Assembly: GCA_050246315.1 (NCBI GenBank)
Contig: JBFWWG010000011.1
Location: 1-64,000 of the forward strand
Reading direction: 5' to 3'
Length of the DNA stretch: 64,000 nt
From: Nitrospiraceae bacterium
Lineage (GTDB): Bacteria; Nitrospirota; Nitrospiria; Nitrospirales; Nitrospiraceae
Part shown: one piece after another, positions 9,008 through 17,972 of the stretch
How positions within the stretch are numbered: the stretch's first letter is position 1
Layout of the letters: the number at the start of each line of letters is the position of its first letter
The notes under the pieces: generated by a model
Told to the model about the DNA's origin: nothing
The model's input: the letters and a program-made list of their open reading frames with translations, nothing else
The model's database searches: none
Translations under genes and position numbers: made by a program

Positions 9008-9718
9008 ATGGCTGATGAACCAACTCGTTTGATTCAGATTGGTCCGAAAGGCGGCGATAAGAAGGACGGGTTCAACCTCGTCACGGAAAAGGTCGTGGCC
9101 GTCAATCCAGAGGGCAAGCAGGTTGAGGTTGAATTGCTGGCCTATGACGGCAAGACGGTCGTGCTCGAGGTTGCCGAGGAGGCGCTGGAGGACCTGAAGC
9201 AGCTCAAGGTCGGCGATGGGGCTACGATTCGAGTGGTCGAGGAAGGCGGCAAGCGGATCGCGAAGAGTTTTCGCATCCGTTCGAAGGACCCGGACACGGC
9301 GAAAGCCGATGCGATGCTGGCGGACCTCAAGGACTCACATTGGCTCAACCGCAAGTACGCCGTTGAGATCCTGGGAGATCTGCGCGAGCCGAGGGCGGTT
9401 CCTCCGCTGATCGAGGCGTTGACCGATGAGGTCGGCGATGTGCGGCAGAGGGCTTACGATGCCCTCATTAAGTTGGGAGCCATCTCTGTCCCGCCGCTGA
9501 TCCCATTACTGGTGTCGGAGGAAGACGAACTGCGCCAGTCGGCCACTGAAATCATGCGCAAGATCGGCAAACCGGCGGTGGAACCGCTGGCTACGGCACT
9601 GGCCGAGGCGGACGACCGGCTCAAGACACGGATACTGAAGGTGTTGGACCGAATGGGGTATAAACCAAAGGCGAAGGACAGCCTCCCGACGGAAAAGGCC
9701 AAGGTCACCAGCGCTTAA
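9008..9718 (+). CDS. HEAT repeat protein 5 with an N-terminal beta (OB-like) domain
   Basis: About 95-aa beta-rich N-terminus then about 4 HEAT units; RBS GAGGAG before ATG 9008. Confidence 0.85.
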   Translation: MADEPTRLIQIGPKGGDKKDGFNLVTEKVVAVNPEGKQVEVELLAYDGKTVVLEVAEEALEDLKQLKVGDGATIRVVEEGGKRIAKSFRIRSKDPDTAKADAMLADLKDSHWLNRKYAVEILGDLREPRAVPPLIEALTDEVGDVRQRAYDALIKLGAISVPPLIPLLVSEEDELRQSATEIMRKIGKPAVEPLATALAEADDRLKTRILKVLDRMGYKPKAKDSLPTEKAKVTSA

Positions 9719-9751
9719 TGTCGGTACGCAACGTGAATTGTGCTCACTGCG

Positions 9752-11071
9752 CTACGCGGACGGCTCGACAGGAACACGGCCCACGGAGACATGACGGAAT
9801 CCGAACCCGGCAACCCGATCCGACTCGTAAATGTTGCGGAGGTCAAACAGCAGCGGCTGCTTCATGAGGGTCTTGAGCCGCTCGAAATCCAGATTCCTGA
9901 ACTGATTCCATTCGGTGAGAATGATCAAGGCATCGGCATTTTCCGCGGTCTGGTACGTATCCTCGCAAGGCACGAGCCCAGGCAGTAATTTGCAGGACTC
10001 TTCCAGCGCGGCCGGATCGTAGGCCCGCACGGTCGCACCATCCTTTTGCAGCTCCGGGATGATGGCCAGGGCTGGTGCTTCCCGCAAATCGTTGGTGTTC
10101 GGCTTGAATGCCAGTCCGAGTACGGCGACGGTCTTGCCTTTGAGGGAGCCCATCGCGCTCCGAATTTTCTCCACCATCGCGAGCTTCTGTTTTTCGTTCA
10201 CTCGGGCCGCCGCTCCCGCCACCTGCATCTCGTAGCCGTGCCGCTCACCGGTCTGCACCAGGGCCGCGAGATCCTTCGGAAAACAGGACCCCCCGAAGCC
10301 CGGGCCTGCGTGAAGGAACTTCGATCCGATCCGTTGGTCTAAGCCCATGCCTCTCGACACGACCTGAACATTCGCGCCGACTCGCTCGCAAAGGTTGGCG
10401 ATTTCGTTGATAAAAGAGATCTTGGTGGCCAGAAACGCGTTGGAGGCATATTTAATCATCTCGGACGTGGGGATATCCGTCATCACGACCGGGGTCTCCA
10501 GCAGGTATAGCGGCCGATAGAGATCCTTCATGATTGCCATGGCCTGTTCACTGTCGGCCCCGATGACGATGCGGTTGGGACGCATGAAATCTTCGATCGC
10601 CGAGCCTTCTCGCAGGAACTCCGGGTTGGAAACGATGTCGAACCGATGCGAGCCGGTCTGATTCGCCTTGATGACCTGTCGGAGACGCTCGCCCGTCCCC
10701 ACCGGCACCGTTGATTTCGTGGCGATGACCTTGTAACCCGTCATGTTGCGGGCGATGCCCTTTCCCACCTCTTCGACATAGGAAAGATCCGCGGAGCCGT
10801 CTGCCTTGGGTGGGGTTCCCACCGCAATAAAGATGACCAACGCCTGATCGACGGCTTTGACGATGTTGGTCGTGAACGTCAGGCGACTCTCTCTAATCCC
10901 TTTGGCAACGAGTTCGGTGAGCCCGGGCTCATAAAAAGGCACCACTCCTTTTTCCAGCTTTCCGATCCGTTGGGCGTCGGTGTCCATGCAGGTGACGGAT
11001 AGACCAAACTCGGCAAAGCAAGCGCCCGTGACCAATCCGACATATCCCGTTCCAATCACACTGATGTGCAT
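9752..11071 (-). CDS. ugd: UDP-glucose 6-dehydrogenase
   Basis: GTGYVG Rossmann motif, SNPEFLREG, GFGGSCFPKD catalytic Cys; start MHISVIG after AAGGAG. Confidence 0.95.
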   Translation of the reverse strand: MHISVIGTGYVGLVTGACFAEFGLSVTCMDTDAQRIGKLEKGVVPFYEPGLTELVAKGIRESRLTFTTNIVKAVDQALVIFIAVGTPPKADGSADLSYVEEVGKGIARNMTGYKVIATKSTVPVGTGERLRQVIKANQTGSHRFDIVSNPEFLREGSAIEDFMRPNRIVIGADSEQAMAIMKDLYRPLYLLETPVVMTDIPTSEMIKYASNAFLATKISFINEIANLCERVGANVQVVSRGMGLDQRIGSKFLHAGPGFGGSCFPKDLAALVQTGERHGYEMQVAGAAARVNEKQKLAMVEKIRSAMGSLKGKTVAVLGLAFKPNTNDLREAPALAIIPELQKDGATVRAYDPAALEESCKLLPGLVPCEDTYQTAENADALIILTEWNQFRNLDFERLKTLMKQPLLFDLRNIYESDRVAGFGFRHVSVGRVPVEPSA

Positions 11072-11129
11072 CGACCACTCCTTTGCTTCATGTGTCAGGG
11101 CTGAGTTGACTTGCGGGCGTACCCGGATG

Positions 11130-11158
11130 ACTATACTGCACGGGTTGGGGCTCGACAA
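11130..11158 (-). promoter_or_regulatory. sigma70-like promoter of ugd
   Basis: TTGTCG-17-TATAGT on the minus strand. Confidence 0.5.
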
Positions 11159-11251
11159 GAAAAAACACCCGAGTGCAGGGGGACACGCACGATGCTCGCT
11201 CGAGATGAACGGTTCGGTGGAGCCTGTCCCTATCGGGTGATCGGGCCCGCG

Positions 11252-11281
11252 TTGACAGCGGTCTCCCATGGTCTTTACAAT
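11252..11281 (+). promoter_or_regulatory. sigma70-like promoter of the CBS gene
   Basis: TTGACA-18-TACAAT. Confidence 0.55.
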
Positions 11282-11317
11282 CCCCTAGACTTCTAGACCG
11301 GGGTCGATGAGCCGACC

Positions 11318-11722
11318 ATGACGCAAAGCGGCTTGATAGCCCGTCCCCTTGCGGTGGTGATGAATCGCCGGCTGCGGTCGGTCGATGTCGGTATGACCCT
11401 TGCCGATGCTGCGGTCGTGATGCGCGAAGAAAAAACCGGCGCATTGTTGGTGACCGAGCATGGACGGTACGTGGGAATCGTCAGCGAAACGGATCTCGTC
11501 CGCCGTGGTATAGCAGCGCGATTGGACCTTTCGGCTGAAGTCGTCCGGCGGGTCATGAGCAGCCCCATCATCTCCATCGAGATCGACCGTACCGCGCATG
11601 AAGCCAGCGATTTGATGGCCGAGTGCAACATCCGGCACCTGCCCGTCACAGAGGAGGAGCGCATCGTGGGCATCATCTCCGTTCGGGATCTACTCCGCTA
11701 CTTTAAGAATTGGGGGTCCTGA
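11318..11722 (+). CDS. CBS-domain pair protein
   Basis: GIVSETDL and IRHLPV...VGIISVRDLL CBS motifs. Confidence 0.9.
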   Translation: MTQSGLIARPLAVVMNRRLRSVDVGMTLADAAVVMREEKTGALLVTEHGRYVGIVSETDLVRRGIAARLDLSAEVVRRVMSSPIISIEIDRTAHEASDLMAECNIRHLPVTEEERIVGIISVRDLLRYFKNWGS

Positions 11723-11792
11723 TCATGCCTGTGCAGCCGCGGACGCGGTCGCTTCCTCCCCTTCACGCCGTCCGATAGCGTCAACTCGCTGC

Positions 11793-13361
11793 ATGTCCTC
11801 CACCGGTTCTCTCGACAAGCGGCCTCTTTCCTTTTTGTTTCTCACTGCGTTCCTGACGGGCGCGATCGTCATGGCCCTGGAAATCCTCGGGAGTCGGCTG
11901 CTGGCGCCTGTCTTCGGCAATTCTCTCTTTGTTTGGGGCGCGCTCATCGGCGTGATCTTGGCTGCGATGAGCAGCGGCTATGCGTTTGGCGGCTGGATTT
12001 CCGACCGGTATCCAGGGGGCTCCGTCTTGAGCGGGCTGCTGCTCGGGTCCGGTCTGTGGACACTCCTGCTGGCTGGGGCCGACCAACCTGTCTTATTTCA
12101 CGTCTCCTCGCTGATCGAGGACCCTCGCTGGGGGCCTTGTCTTGCGGCGGCTGTGCTGGTCGCTCCGCCGGCTTTCGGTTTAAGTGGAGTCTTGCCTGCT
12201 CTGCTCCGGTTGGCCATTCACGACATGGGCCATCTTGGTCGACACACGGGGCGGATGATCGCCGTCTCGACAATCGGAAGTCTGGCCGGAACCTGGGGGA
12301 CGTCCTTTTATCTGCTGTCGTGGCTAGGGACGCACCTGCTCATTGCGTGGCTTGGGGTGGCACAGGTGGGGCTCGGGGTCCTGTGGGGGGCGCGGACGGT
12401 CCTCACCCACAAGGCCATCGGGTTGCTGCTCTTGGCCGCGATGGTTCCGGCCCTGTGGTTTGCTTGGCATCCGCTCTCGATGCTGCCGCCGCCCGTGCAT
12501 CAAGAAGATAGCCCCTACCAGCAGGTGCGGGTACGGGACGACGATCTGTTCCGGTACCTAATCTTGGACCGGACCTTCCATGCGGTGATGTGGCGGGCCG
12601 ACCCCGTGCAGCTCTATCTGCCGTATAGCCAGATGATGATGTTGGCGCTGGGGTGGGCTCCCGAAGCCAAGCGAGGGTTGATCTTAGGGCATGGCGGTGG
12701 GTCGCTCGCCAAGTGGCTGGAGCGCTATTGGCCAGAAATGGACCTGGATACGGTCGAGGTGGACCCGACGGTTGCGCTGGCCGCTGAACGATATTTTGAG
12801 TACCGACCGGGTCCGCGCCATCATGTGCACGTCAAGGACGCACGGGCGTTCCTTCAGTCCACGTCCGCCCAGTATGACATTATTTGGATGGATGCCTTTG
12901 CACGGCATCTCATTCCGTTCCATCTGACCACGAGGGAATTCTTTGCCGAGCTGAGAGCGCACTTGCGACCGAACGGCGTCGTCGCGGTCAACCTGGCGTC
13001 TTCCGGCGAGGGGAGCGATCTCTTGCGGGAACGCGCGGTCGTCTCGACTCTGCGGTCGGCGTTTCCCGTGCTCGAAACCTACTCGGTGGTGGGTCCCTGG
13101 AAGTCTCGTCAAACGCGCGCCGAGAACCTGATCTTCTTCGGCGGTGAACCGGTCGAGCGCCTGACGATTGACGAACTGCAACAGCAAGCCAATCGACTGG
13201 TCGCGCAGCGCCGCCTTCCTGCCGAAACGAGCAGACTGTGGGATCGTCGCAGAGCGGCACCATGGCAGCCGGGACTCGTGTTGACCGACGACTACGCCCC
13301 CTATGATCTGCTCATTGCCAGAGAGTCCGATGAGGCCAGGTCTGCCAAGTCAACCAATTGA
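11793..13361 (+). CDS. Membrane-fused spermidine-synthase-like SAM-dependent transferase
   Basis: N-terminal TM helices (GAIVMALEILGSRLLAP), LILGHGGG, VEVDP, DIIWMDAF, LTDDYAP. Confidence 0.85.
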   Translation: MSSTGSLDKRPLSFLFLTAFLTGAIVMALEILGSRLLAPVFGNSLFVWGALIGVILAAMSSGYAFGGWISDRYPGGSVLSGLLLGSGLWTLLLAGADQPVLFHVSSLIEDPRWGPCLAAAVLVAPPAFGLSGVLPALLRLAIHDMGHLGRHTGRMIAVSTIGSLAGTWGTSFYLLSWLGTHLLIAWLGVAQVGLGVLWGARTVLTHKAIGLLLLAAMVPALWFAWHPLSMLPPPVHQEDSPYQQVRVRDDDLFRYLILDRTFHAVMWRADPVQLYLPYSQMMMLALGWAPEAKRGLILGHGGGSLAKWLERYWPEMDLDTVEVDPTVALAAERYFEYRPGPRHHVHVKDARAFLQSTSAQYDIIWMDAFARHLIPFHLTTREFFAELRAHLRPNGVVAVNLASSGEGSDLLRERAVVSTLRSAFPVLETYSVVGPWKSRQTRAENLIFFGGEPVERLTIDELQQQANRLVAQRRLPAETSRLWDRRRAAPWQPGLVLTDDYAPYDLLIARESDEARSAKSTN

Positions 13362-13399
13362 TTTTTCATGTATATCTGTCGCGTACCTCGCGGGGGTCT

Positions 13400-13428
13400 T
13401 GTCGGGAGATTGTCGGGAGAATGTCGGG
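13400..13428. repeat. Three direct repeats TGTCGGG(AGA) with 11-bp period
   Basis: Copies start at 13400, 13411 and 13422. Confidence 0.75.
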
Positions 13429-13472
13429 CTGATCGCTCGGGGTCGTGGGTGCGGCTTGGGCTGAATTCTTAC

Positions 13473-13501
13473 TTGCTTCCCTCCTATGGCCATGTTATAA
13501 G
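13473..13501 (+). promoter_or_regulatory. sigma70-like promoter of the cupredoxin gene
   Basis: TTGCTT-17-TATAAG with extended TG. Confidence 0.5.
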
Positions 13502-13650
13502 CTCGCGCTGTTTCATTCGGTCTCTTTGATTGTTGATACGAGGACGCAGGCTGCTGAGGAAGAATTTCGTGGAAGCATTCCGATAGCCAAGGTTCGAGCG
13601 GGCGTTATTCCACACAACCAAATTCTACATCTTGGTGAAGGAGGTAGGTC

Positions 13651-14133
13651 ATGGGTAAACAGGTCCTCGCACTTTTTATCGGCCTCATGATGGTGCTGAT
13701 CGGTGTCAACGGGGCGTATGCATTGCAAGCCGGTGGAGTCGAAATCGGCGATCTTGAGACCGGCTCGGTAGTCGGTCAGCCGTTCAAGGAATTGCCGGTC
13801 GATCTGACATTTTTGAGTTTAGAGAATGTCGGCGGGAAGAAGGCTTGGTATCCCCCGGTCGCCATTCTCAACCTGGTCGGACGTGCGGGGACGCCGGTTG
13901 TGCTCAAAGTGACCAATGAAGGCCAGGAGGAACACGGGTTCAGCTTGGCCGCAGAGGAAAACATTTCTGCCCCGACCACGCTCAACGTGAAGCTCGTGCT
14001 GAAGCCGGGCGAGACCAAGTACATCGGCATTCCCACCAGCGACCTGACCTACGTGACGGCCGGATCCGTGCTGACCTATAAGTGTCAACTGCATCCGGCT
14101 CACTTGGGCGGGCAGTTGCTGATTCAGAAGTAG
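13651..14133 (+). CDS. Exported cupredoxin, nitrosocyanin-like
   Basis: Signal peptide; EHGFSL and C-terminal YKCQLHPAHLGGQL copper-site loop; RBS AAGGAGG. Confidence 0.75.
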   Translation: MGKQVLALFIGLMMVLIGVNGAYALQAGGVEIGDLETGSVVGQPFKELPVDLTFLSLENVGGKKAWYPPVAILNLVGRAGTPVVLKVTNEGQEEHGFSLAAEENISAPTTLNVKLVLKPGETKYIGIPTSDLTYVTAGSVLTYKCQLHPAHLGGQLLIQK

Positions 14134-14231
14134 GCCGAGCCGGGTTTGCCCAGGGATGTAAACTTCGAGATTGATGCTTGGGGGTATGAGCGGGGGTTCC
14201 ACCGACCGGTGGAGCCCCCGTTGTCGTTTGA

Positions 14232-14567
14232 TCAAACCTGCTCTTCGACGCAGACCGTTGGACTGTCGATCGGAAGCGATTGGCTTCCGGCGAGCTTGCC
14301 TTGGACGATCAATAGCAGAAACCGTTCTTCTCTTGGTCCTGGTCCCACCTTGGGGATGACGATGGTCTGAAGGTCAACGACGGTGACCTCATCCTTTTCT
14401 CGCACCGTTTCATTGATGATCCAGGTGTAGCTGGCCGCCAGCGGGTAATGCTGATGCATGAAGGATTCGATCGCACGAGGGATGTCCTGGCTGCCTGCAA
14501 TGGCCTCCGGTACGAATGCGGTCACGCAACACAGGCCGATCGCAAGTCCATGAAAAAAGCGTCCCAT
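14232..14567 (-). CDS. Hypothetical exported protein
   Basis: Signal-like N-terminus; RBS AGGAGG upstream. Confidence 0.55.
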   Translation of the reverse strand: MGRFFHGLAIGLCCVTAFVPEAIAGSQDIPRAIESFMHQHYPLAASYTWIINETVREKDEVTVVDLQTIVIPKVGPGPREERFLLLIVQGKLAGSQSLPIDSPTVCVEEQV

Positions 14568-14736
14568 GACACGAGCCTCCTGGCTAGGGTTGGACTGGCT
14601 CGAGGAGTCGAGCCTTGCGAAAGCGCCGGAGGAACGACGTCAGATGCGCTCCCGCATATGACTTATATTCATCATACCCTGATTTTGGCTGTGTAGAAAA
14701 GGAAAAGGTGGTGGGTGCACGGAATGGAATAGCACA

Positions 14737-14769
14737 AAGCCCCCTTCCGGTGAGACGGGAAAGGGGCTT
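14737..14769 (-). terminator. Probable intrinsic terminator downstream of the ferredoxin
   Basis: AAGCCCC...GGGGCTT GC stem, short T tail on the minus strand. Confidence 0.5.
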
Positions 14770-14817
14770 CTAAGGATCGGCGTGAAGACCTGAATCGCGT
14801 TGGTCGGGTGCCGTGAA

Positions 14818-15165
14818 TTAGTTGCGGACGCCGCTCCAGACCTTGTTGGGATCGATCGCCTTGTCCGGATTCAGCGTTCGTGCCTTTTCCAGGAGAACGT
14901 CAGTCGTCTCCGGATAGGCAGGATCCGAGATGCAGCAATTGTCCACGGGGCAGACGGCGGCGCATTGAGGCTCATCGAAATGCCCCACGCACTCGGTGCA
15001 GCGATCATGGGTGATCACGTAGATATTGTCCCCGACTCCTTGGCCGTCGCCGACGTGGTAGCCTTTGCCCTCCGCGTCACCACGGGTTTCAAAGATGGCT
15101 TCATTCGGGCATTCAGGCAAACACGCCCCGCACGAAATGCATTCATCCGTAATTAAGAGAGCCAT
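14818..15165 (-). CDS. YfhL-type 2[4Fe-4S] ferredoxin
   Basis: CISCGACLPECP and CTECVGHFDEPQCAAVCP motifs. Confidence 0.92.
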   Translation of the reverse strand: MALLITDECISCGACLPECPNEAIFETRGDAEGKGYHVGDGQGVGDNIYVITHDRCTECVGHFDEPQCAAVCPVDNCCISDPAYPETTDVLLEKARTLNPDKAIDPNKVWSGVRN

Positions 15166-15297
15166 GACCGATGCCTCCTTCTCAACGCTCGCTGAAACTC
15201 AACAACATTATTGCCAGGGGCGGTGATGCCCGACGCCGTCCGCTTCCTTCTGCCGCCGACTCTGCTGCTGTCTGCGGTTGCAACAAAACCGAGTGGC

Positions 15298-15327
15298 ATT
15301 CTAGACTGCGAAAAAAAGCCAAGTCAA
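15298..15327 (-). promoter_or_regulatory. sigma70-like promoter of the ferredoxin
   Basis: TTGACT-18-TAGAAT on the minus strand. Confidence 0.55.
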
Positions 15328-15627
15328 CGGGAACGGGGCAGCGCAGAAGGCCCATCACAAGGAAGTCTCTGGGCCTATGGGCCTAGCCCACATTGTTCGT
15401 GAACACTGCTGCTGCAACCGTCAATACGCCGCTGCGACAGACTTGGCTGGCGGTTTCCTGCATCCAAGCGGACAGGCTCGCCGCTTGGTCGGTCGACAGA
15501 CGGTGTCAGGGATGCCCCACTTTCTTGGGGCTCCGCATGAGGGTATCCATCGCCCCGTCGATGCAACGGGTGGAACGTCGCGAACCGTCATGGATGATGT
15601 GGGCCAGAGAGTGTCCAAGAGGTATGT

Positions 15628-16119
15628 ATGAAATCTGGCTCCGAATTGCCGCGACCGAAGCGACAGCGAATCGTCATGCTGATTCTGCTGGCGATTCTGC
15701 TGATGTCGTTCAGTTTCTTCTTCTCCTCTCAAAAGGAAACGGAAACGATTCTCGTCACGTTTCCAAGCGGGCGCCAACTGGAGGGGGAGGTGGCCAATAC
15801 ACCGGAAAAACTCCTGTTCGGTTTGGCGTTCCGCGAAACATTACCGCCCGACCGCGCGATGCTCTATATTTTTGAATCCTCGGGCAGACACACCCTATGG
15901 ACGAAGGCGTTCCGGTTTCCGGTCGACATGATCTGGTTGGATGAGAGCCGGCACGTGGTCTATCTGGCGGCGGACGTGCCTCCCTGCAATCAAGATCCCT
16001 GTCCGCGATATGGACCTCCGCCAAGCGATGCCCTGTACGTCCTTCAAACCAGGGCCGGGCTCGTCCGTGAGGAAGGCCTGACGGTGGGAACGGACCTGAA
16101 GTTTACGTTGGTCATGTGA
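15628..16119 (+). CDS. DUF192 family protein
   Basis: EVANTP...GLAFR..LP...AMLYIF...FPVDMIWLD; N-terminal membrane anchor. Confidence 0.85.
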   Translation: MKSGSELPRPKRQRIVMLILLAILLMSFSFFFSSQKETETILVTFPSGRQLEGEVANTPEKLLFGLAFRETLPPDRAMLYIFESSGRHTLWTKAFRFPVDMIWLDESRHVVYLAADVPPCNQDPCPRYGPPPSDALYVLQTRAGLVREEGLTVGTDLKFTLVM

Positions 16120-16186
16120 CGTGGTACTGTGGCCACGAGCGCGGGCTGAAGGTCTCGGATTGAACGGATGAAGGGACGGTTGGGAT

Positions 16187-16513
16187 ATGGAAGGGACTGA
16201 GCAGTTCGAGGCGGCGGCGCGAGTGGCGGACATTCCCGCGGGCGGCAGCAAACTGGTGACGATCCGAAACAAACCCGTCGCCATCTTTAATGTACAGGGC
16301 AGGTTTTACGCTATTCACGATACCTGTCCCCATGAGGGGGGGCCGCTGCATGAAGGCCGTGTGAAGGGGTGCATCGTGGCCTGCCCGTGGCATGATTTGG
16401 CGTTCGACCTCCGAAACGGTCAGGGAACGGACGGAGGGGGGTACTGTGTGGCCAGTTACGACGTGCGGGTCGAAGGAGAGACCATTTTCATCGGAGGGCG
16501 GCGGAAAGTCTGA
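16187..16513 (+). CDS. Rieske [2Fe-2S] ferredoxin
   Basis: CPH...CPWH ligand motifs. Confidence 0.9.
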   Translation: MEGTEQFEAAARVADIPAGGSKLVTIRNKPVAIFNVQGRFYAIHDTCPHEGGPLHEGRVKGCIVACPWHDLAFDLRNGQGTDGGGYCVASYDVRVEGETIFIGGRRKV

Positions 16514-16624
16514 CGGGGCAAGCAGGGTCCGCTCGGCCCTGACACAGTGTGGCGGAATGCTGAACGGAGTGTTGCCTGGCGTGAGAGACGGCCGAACGAG
16601 GAACGGGATTGAAAGGACGGATAG

Positions 16625-16975
16625 ATGGGCATGACGGCACTAGGGCAGGCACAAGCGACCGCCTATGGAGAAGAAGAAGGCGAGGGACGGATCCTTGACA
16701 CTGTGATTCAGGATTCGTTCACGATCCACCTCTGGGAAGATCGAACCAGAGGAGAACTGTGGGTGCCGTCGTATGATCGGACGGCACTGGCGCTGCTCAA
16801 CGACGACTACCTGCGCATTGCCGGCAATAATGCCGTGGATACCGGGCGGAGAACCTTCGAGTTTCGGGCCATGAGCGAGGGGCGGCACCGGCTGGTGTTT
16901 GAGAAGCGAATGGGGTGGAAGTTCACTGCCGAGGATCGCCGCGTGTTCGTGATTCGTGTGGCCGGTCGATTGTAG
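16625..16975 (+). CDS. Chagasin/I42-like beta-sandwich protein
   Basis: FTIHL.E..T.G..W and G.RTFEFRA...G...L.F....W pattern. Confidence 0.55.
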   Translation: MGMTALGQAQATAYGEEEGEGRILDTVIQDSFTIHLWEDRTRGELWVPSYDRTALALLNDDYLRIAGNNAVDTGRRTFEFRAMSEGRHRLVFEKRMGWKFTAEDRRVFVIRVAGRL

Positions 16976-16995
16976 GGCCTGCGAGGGATTGGAGC

Positions 16996-17838
16996 ATGGG
17001 GGATCTGGCCTACGTCAATGGGCGCTTCATGGACCTGGCTGATGCCATGGTACCGGTCGAAGATCGCGGCCTTCAGTTCGGCGACGGGGTCTACGAAGTC
17101 ATCCGGACCTACGGCCGCCAATCGTTTCAAGTGGACGCGCATCTTGCCCGACTGACTCAGAGCGCGGCTGCGATCGGGCTGATGGTGCCGGAGGTCATGC
17201 GGCAATTTCCAGCGCTGATCGACGAAGGTGTTAGGCGCGCCGGCTATCCCGAGTGCAAGGTGTATCTCCAGATCACCAGGGGAGTTGCACCACGCGATCA
17301 TGCCTTTCCCGCTCGTGTGGCTCCCACCGTCGTTATGACCTTCAGGCTCATGCGTCCGCTCGATCCGATGCTCGCGGCCGAAGGGGTTACGGCGATGACG
17401 ACCGAGGATCTTCGCTGGGGCCGGTGCGATATTAAGAGCCTCAACCTTCTGGCCAACGTGTTGGCTCGCCAGGGTGCGCTTGAGAGGGGCGCGTTCGAAG
17501 CTCTGTTGGTCCGCAACGGGCGGATCACGGAAGGGACGGTCAGCAACGTGATGCTCGTGCGGCAGGGAGGCCTGCGCACCGCGCCCATCGGTCCGGAAAT
17601 TCTCGCCGGCATCACTCGGCATCTGGTGCTGGAATTGGCTCGAAAGGAGGGCCTGCCGCTCCGGGAAGACGCGATCACGCTGGACGAGCTGCGAACGGCG
17701 GACGAAGTGTTTCTGACCGGAACGACAGTCGAAGTGCTCCCTGTCGTCAAGGTGGACGAAACGGTGATCGGGAGCGGACGTCCAGGTCCCATCAGCCGAC
17801 TGCTCCAGCAACGGTTCCAAGAAGCCGTCCTCTCCTAG
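16996..17838 (+). CDS. dat: D-amino-acid aminotransferase (PLP class IV)
   Basis: EDRGLQFGDGVYEV, DIKSLNLL, EGTVSN, ILAGITR. Confidence 0.85.
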   Translation: MGDLAYVNGRFMDLADAMVPVEDRGLQFGDGVYEVIRTYGRQSFQVDAHLARLTQSAAAIGLMVPEVMRQFPALIDEGVRRAGYPECKVYLQITRGVAPRDHAFPARVAPTVVMTFRLMRPLDPMLAAEGVTAMTTEDLRWGRCDIKSLNLLANVLARQGALERGAFEALLVRNGRITEGTVSNVMLVRQGGLRTAPIGPEILAGITRHLVLELARKEGLPLREDAITLDELRTADEVFLTGTTVEVLPVVKVDETVIGSGRPGPISRLLQQRFQEAVLS

Positions 17839-17846
17839 TCGCGCGC

Positions 17847-17876
17847 TTGCATTGTCCACAGTCAAAATGGTAGAGT
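17847..17876 (+). promoter_or_regulatory. Probable rimP operon promoter
   Basis: TTGCAT-18-TAGAGT with extended TG; DnaA-box-like TTGTCCACA in the spacer. Confidence 0.45.
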
Positions 17877-17888
17877 TCCGCTGTTTTG

Positions 17889-17912
17889 AAGTGGGCGGTC
17901 GCCCACTTTTTT
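17889..17912 (+). ncRNA. rimP leader hairpin/attenuator
   Basis: AAGTGGGC-GGTC-GCCCACTT-TTTT directly upstream of rimP; matches the known GGGC...GCCC rimP-leader pattern. Confidence 0.75.
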
Positions 17913-17972
17913 GTTTGGAGCCCATGCAGTTCGATACCATTAAGTCTGCTCCCTCATTTTTCTCTGTTGTTC

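Noticed and set aside
15166..15627. Possible riboswitch or sRNA in the ferredoxin/DUF192 intergenic region
   Set aside because: No recognisable aptamer consensus or convincing stem found; the short ORFs there look spurious.
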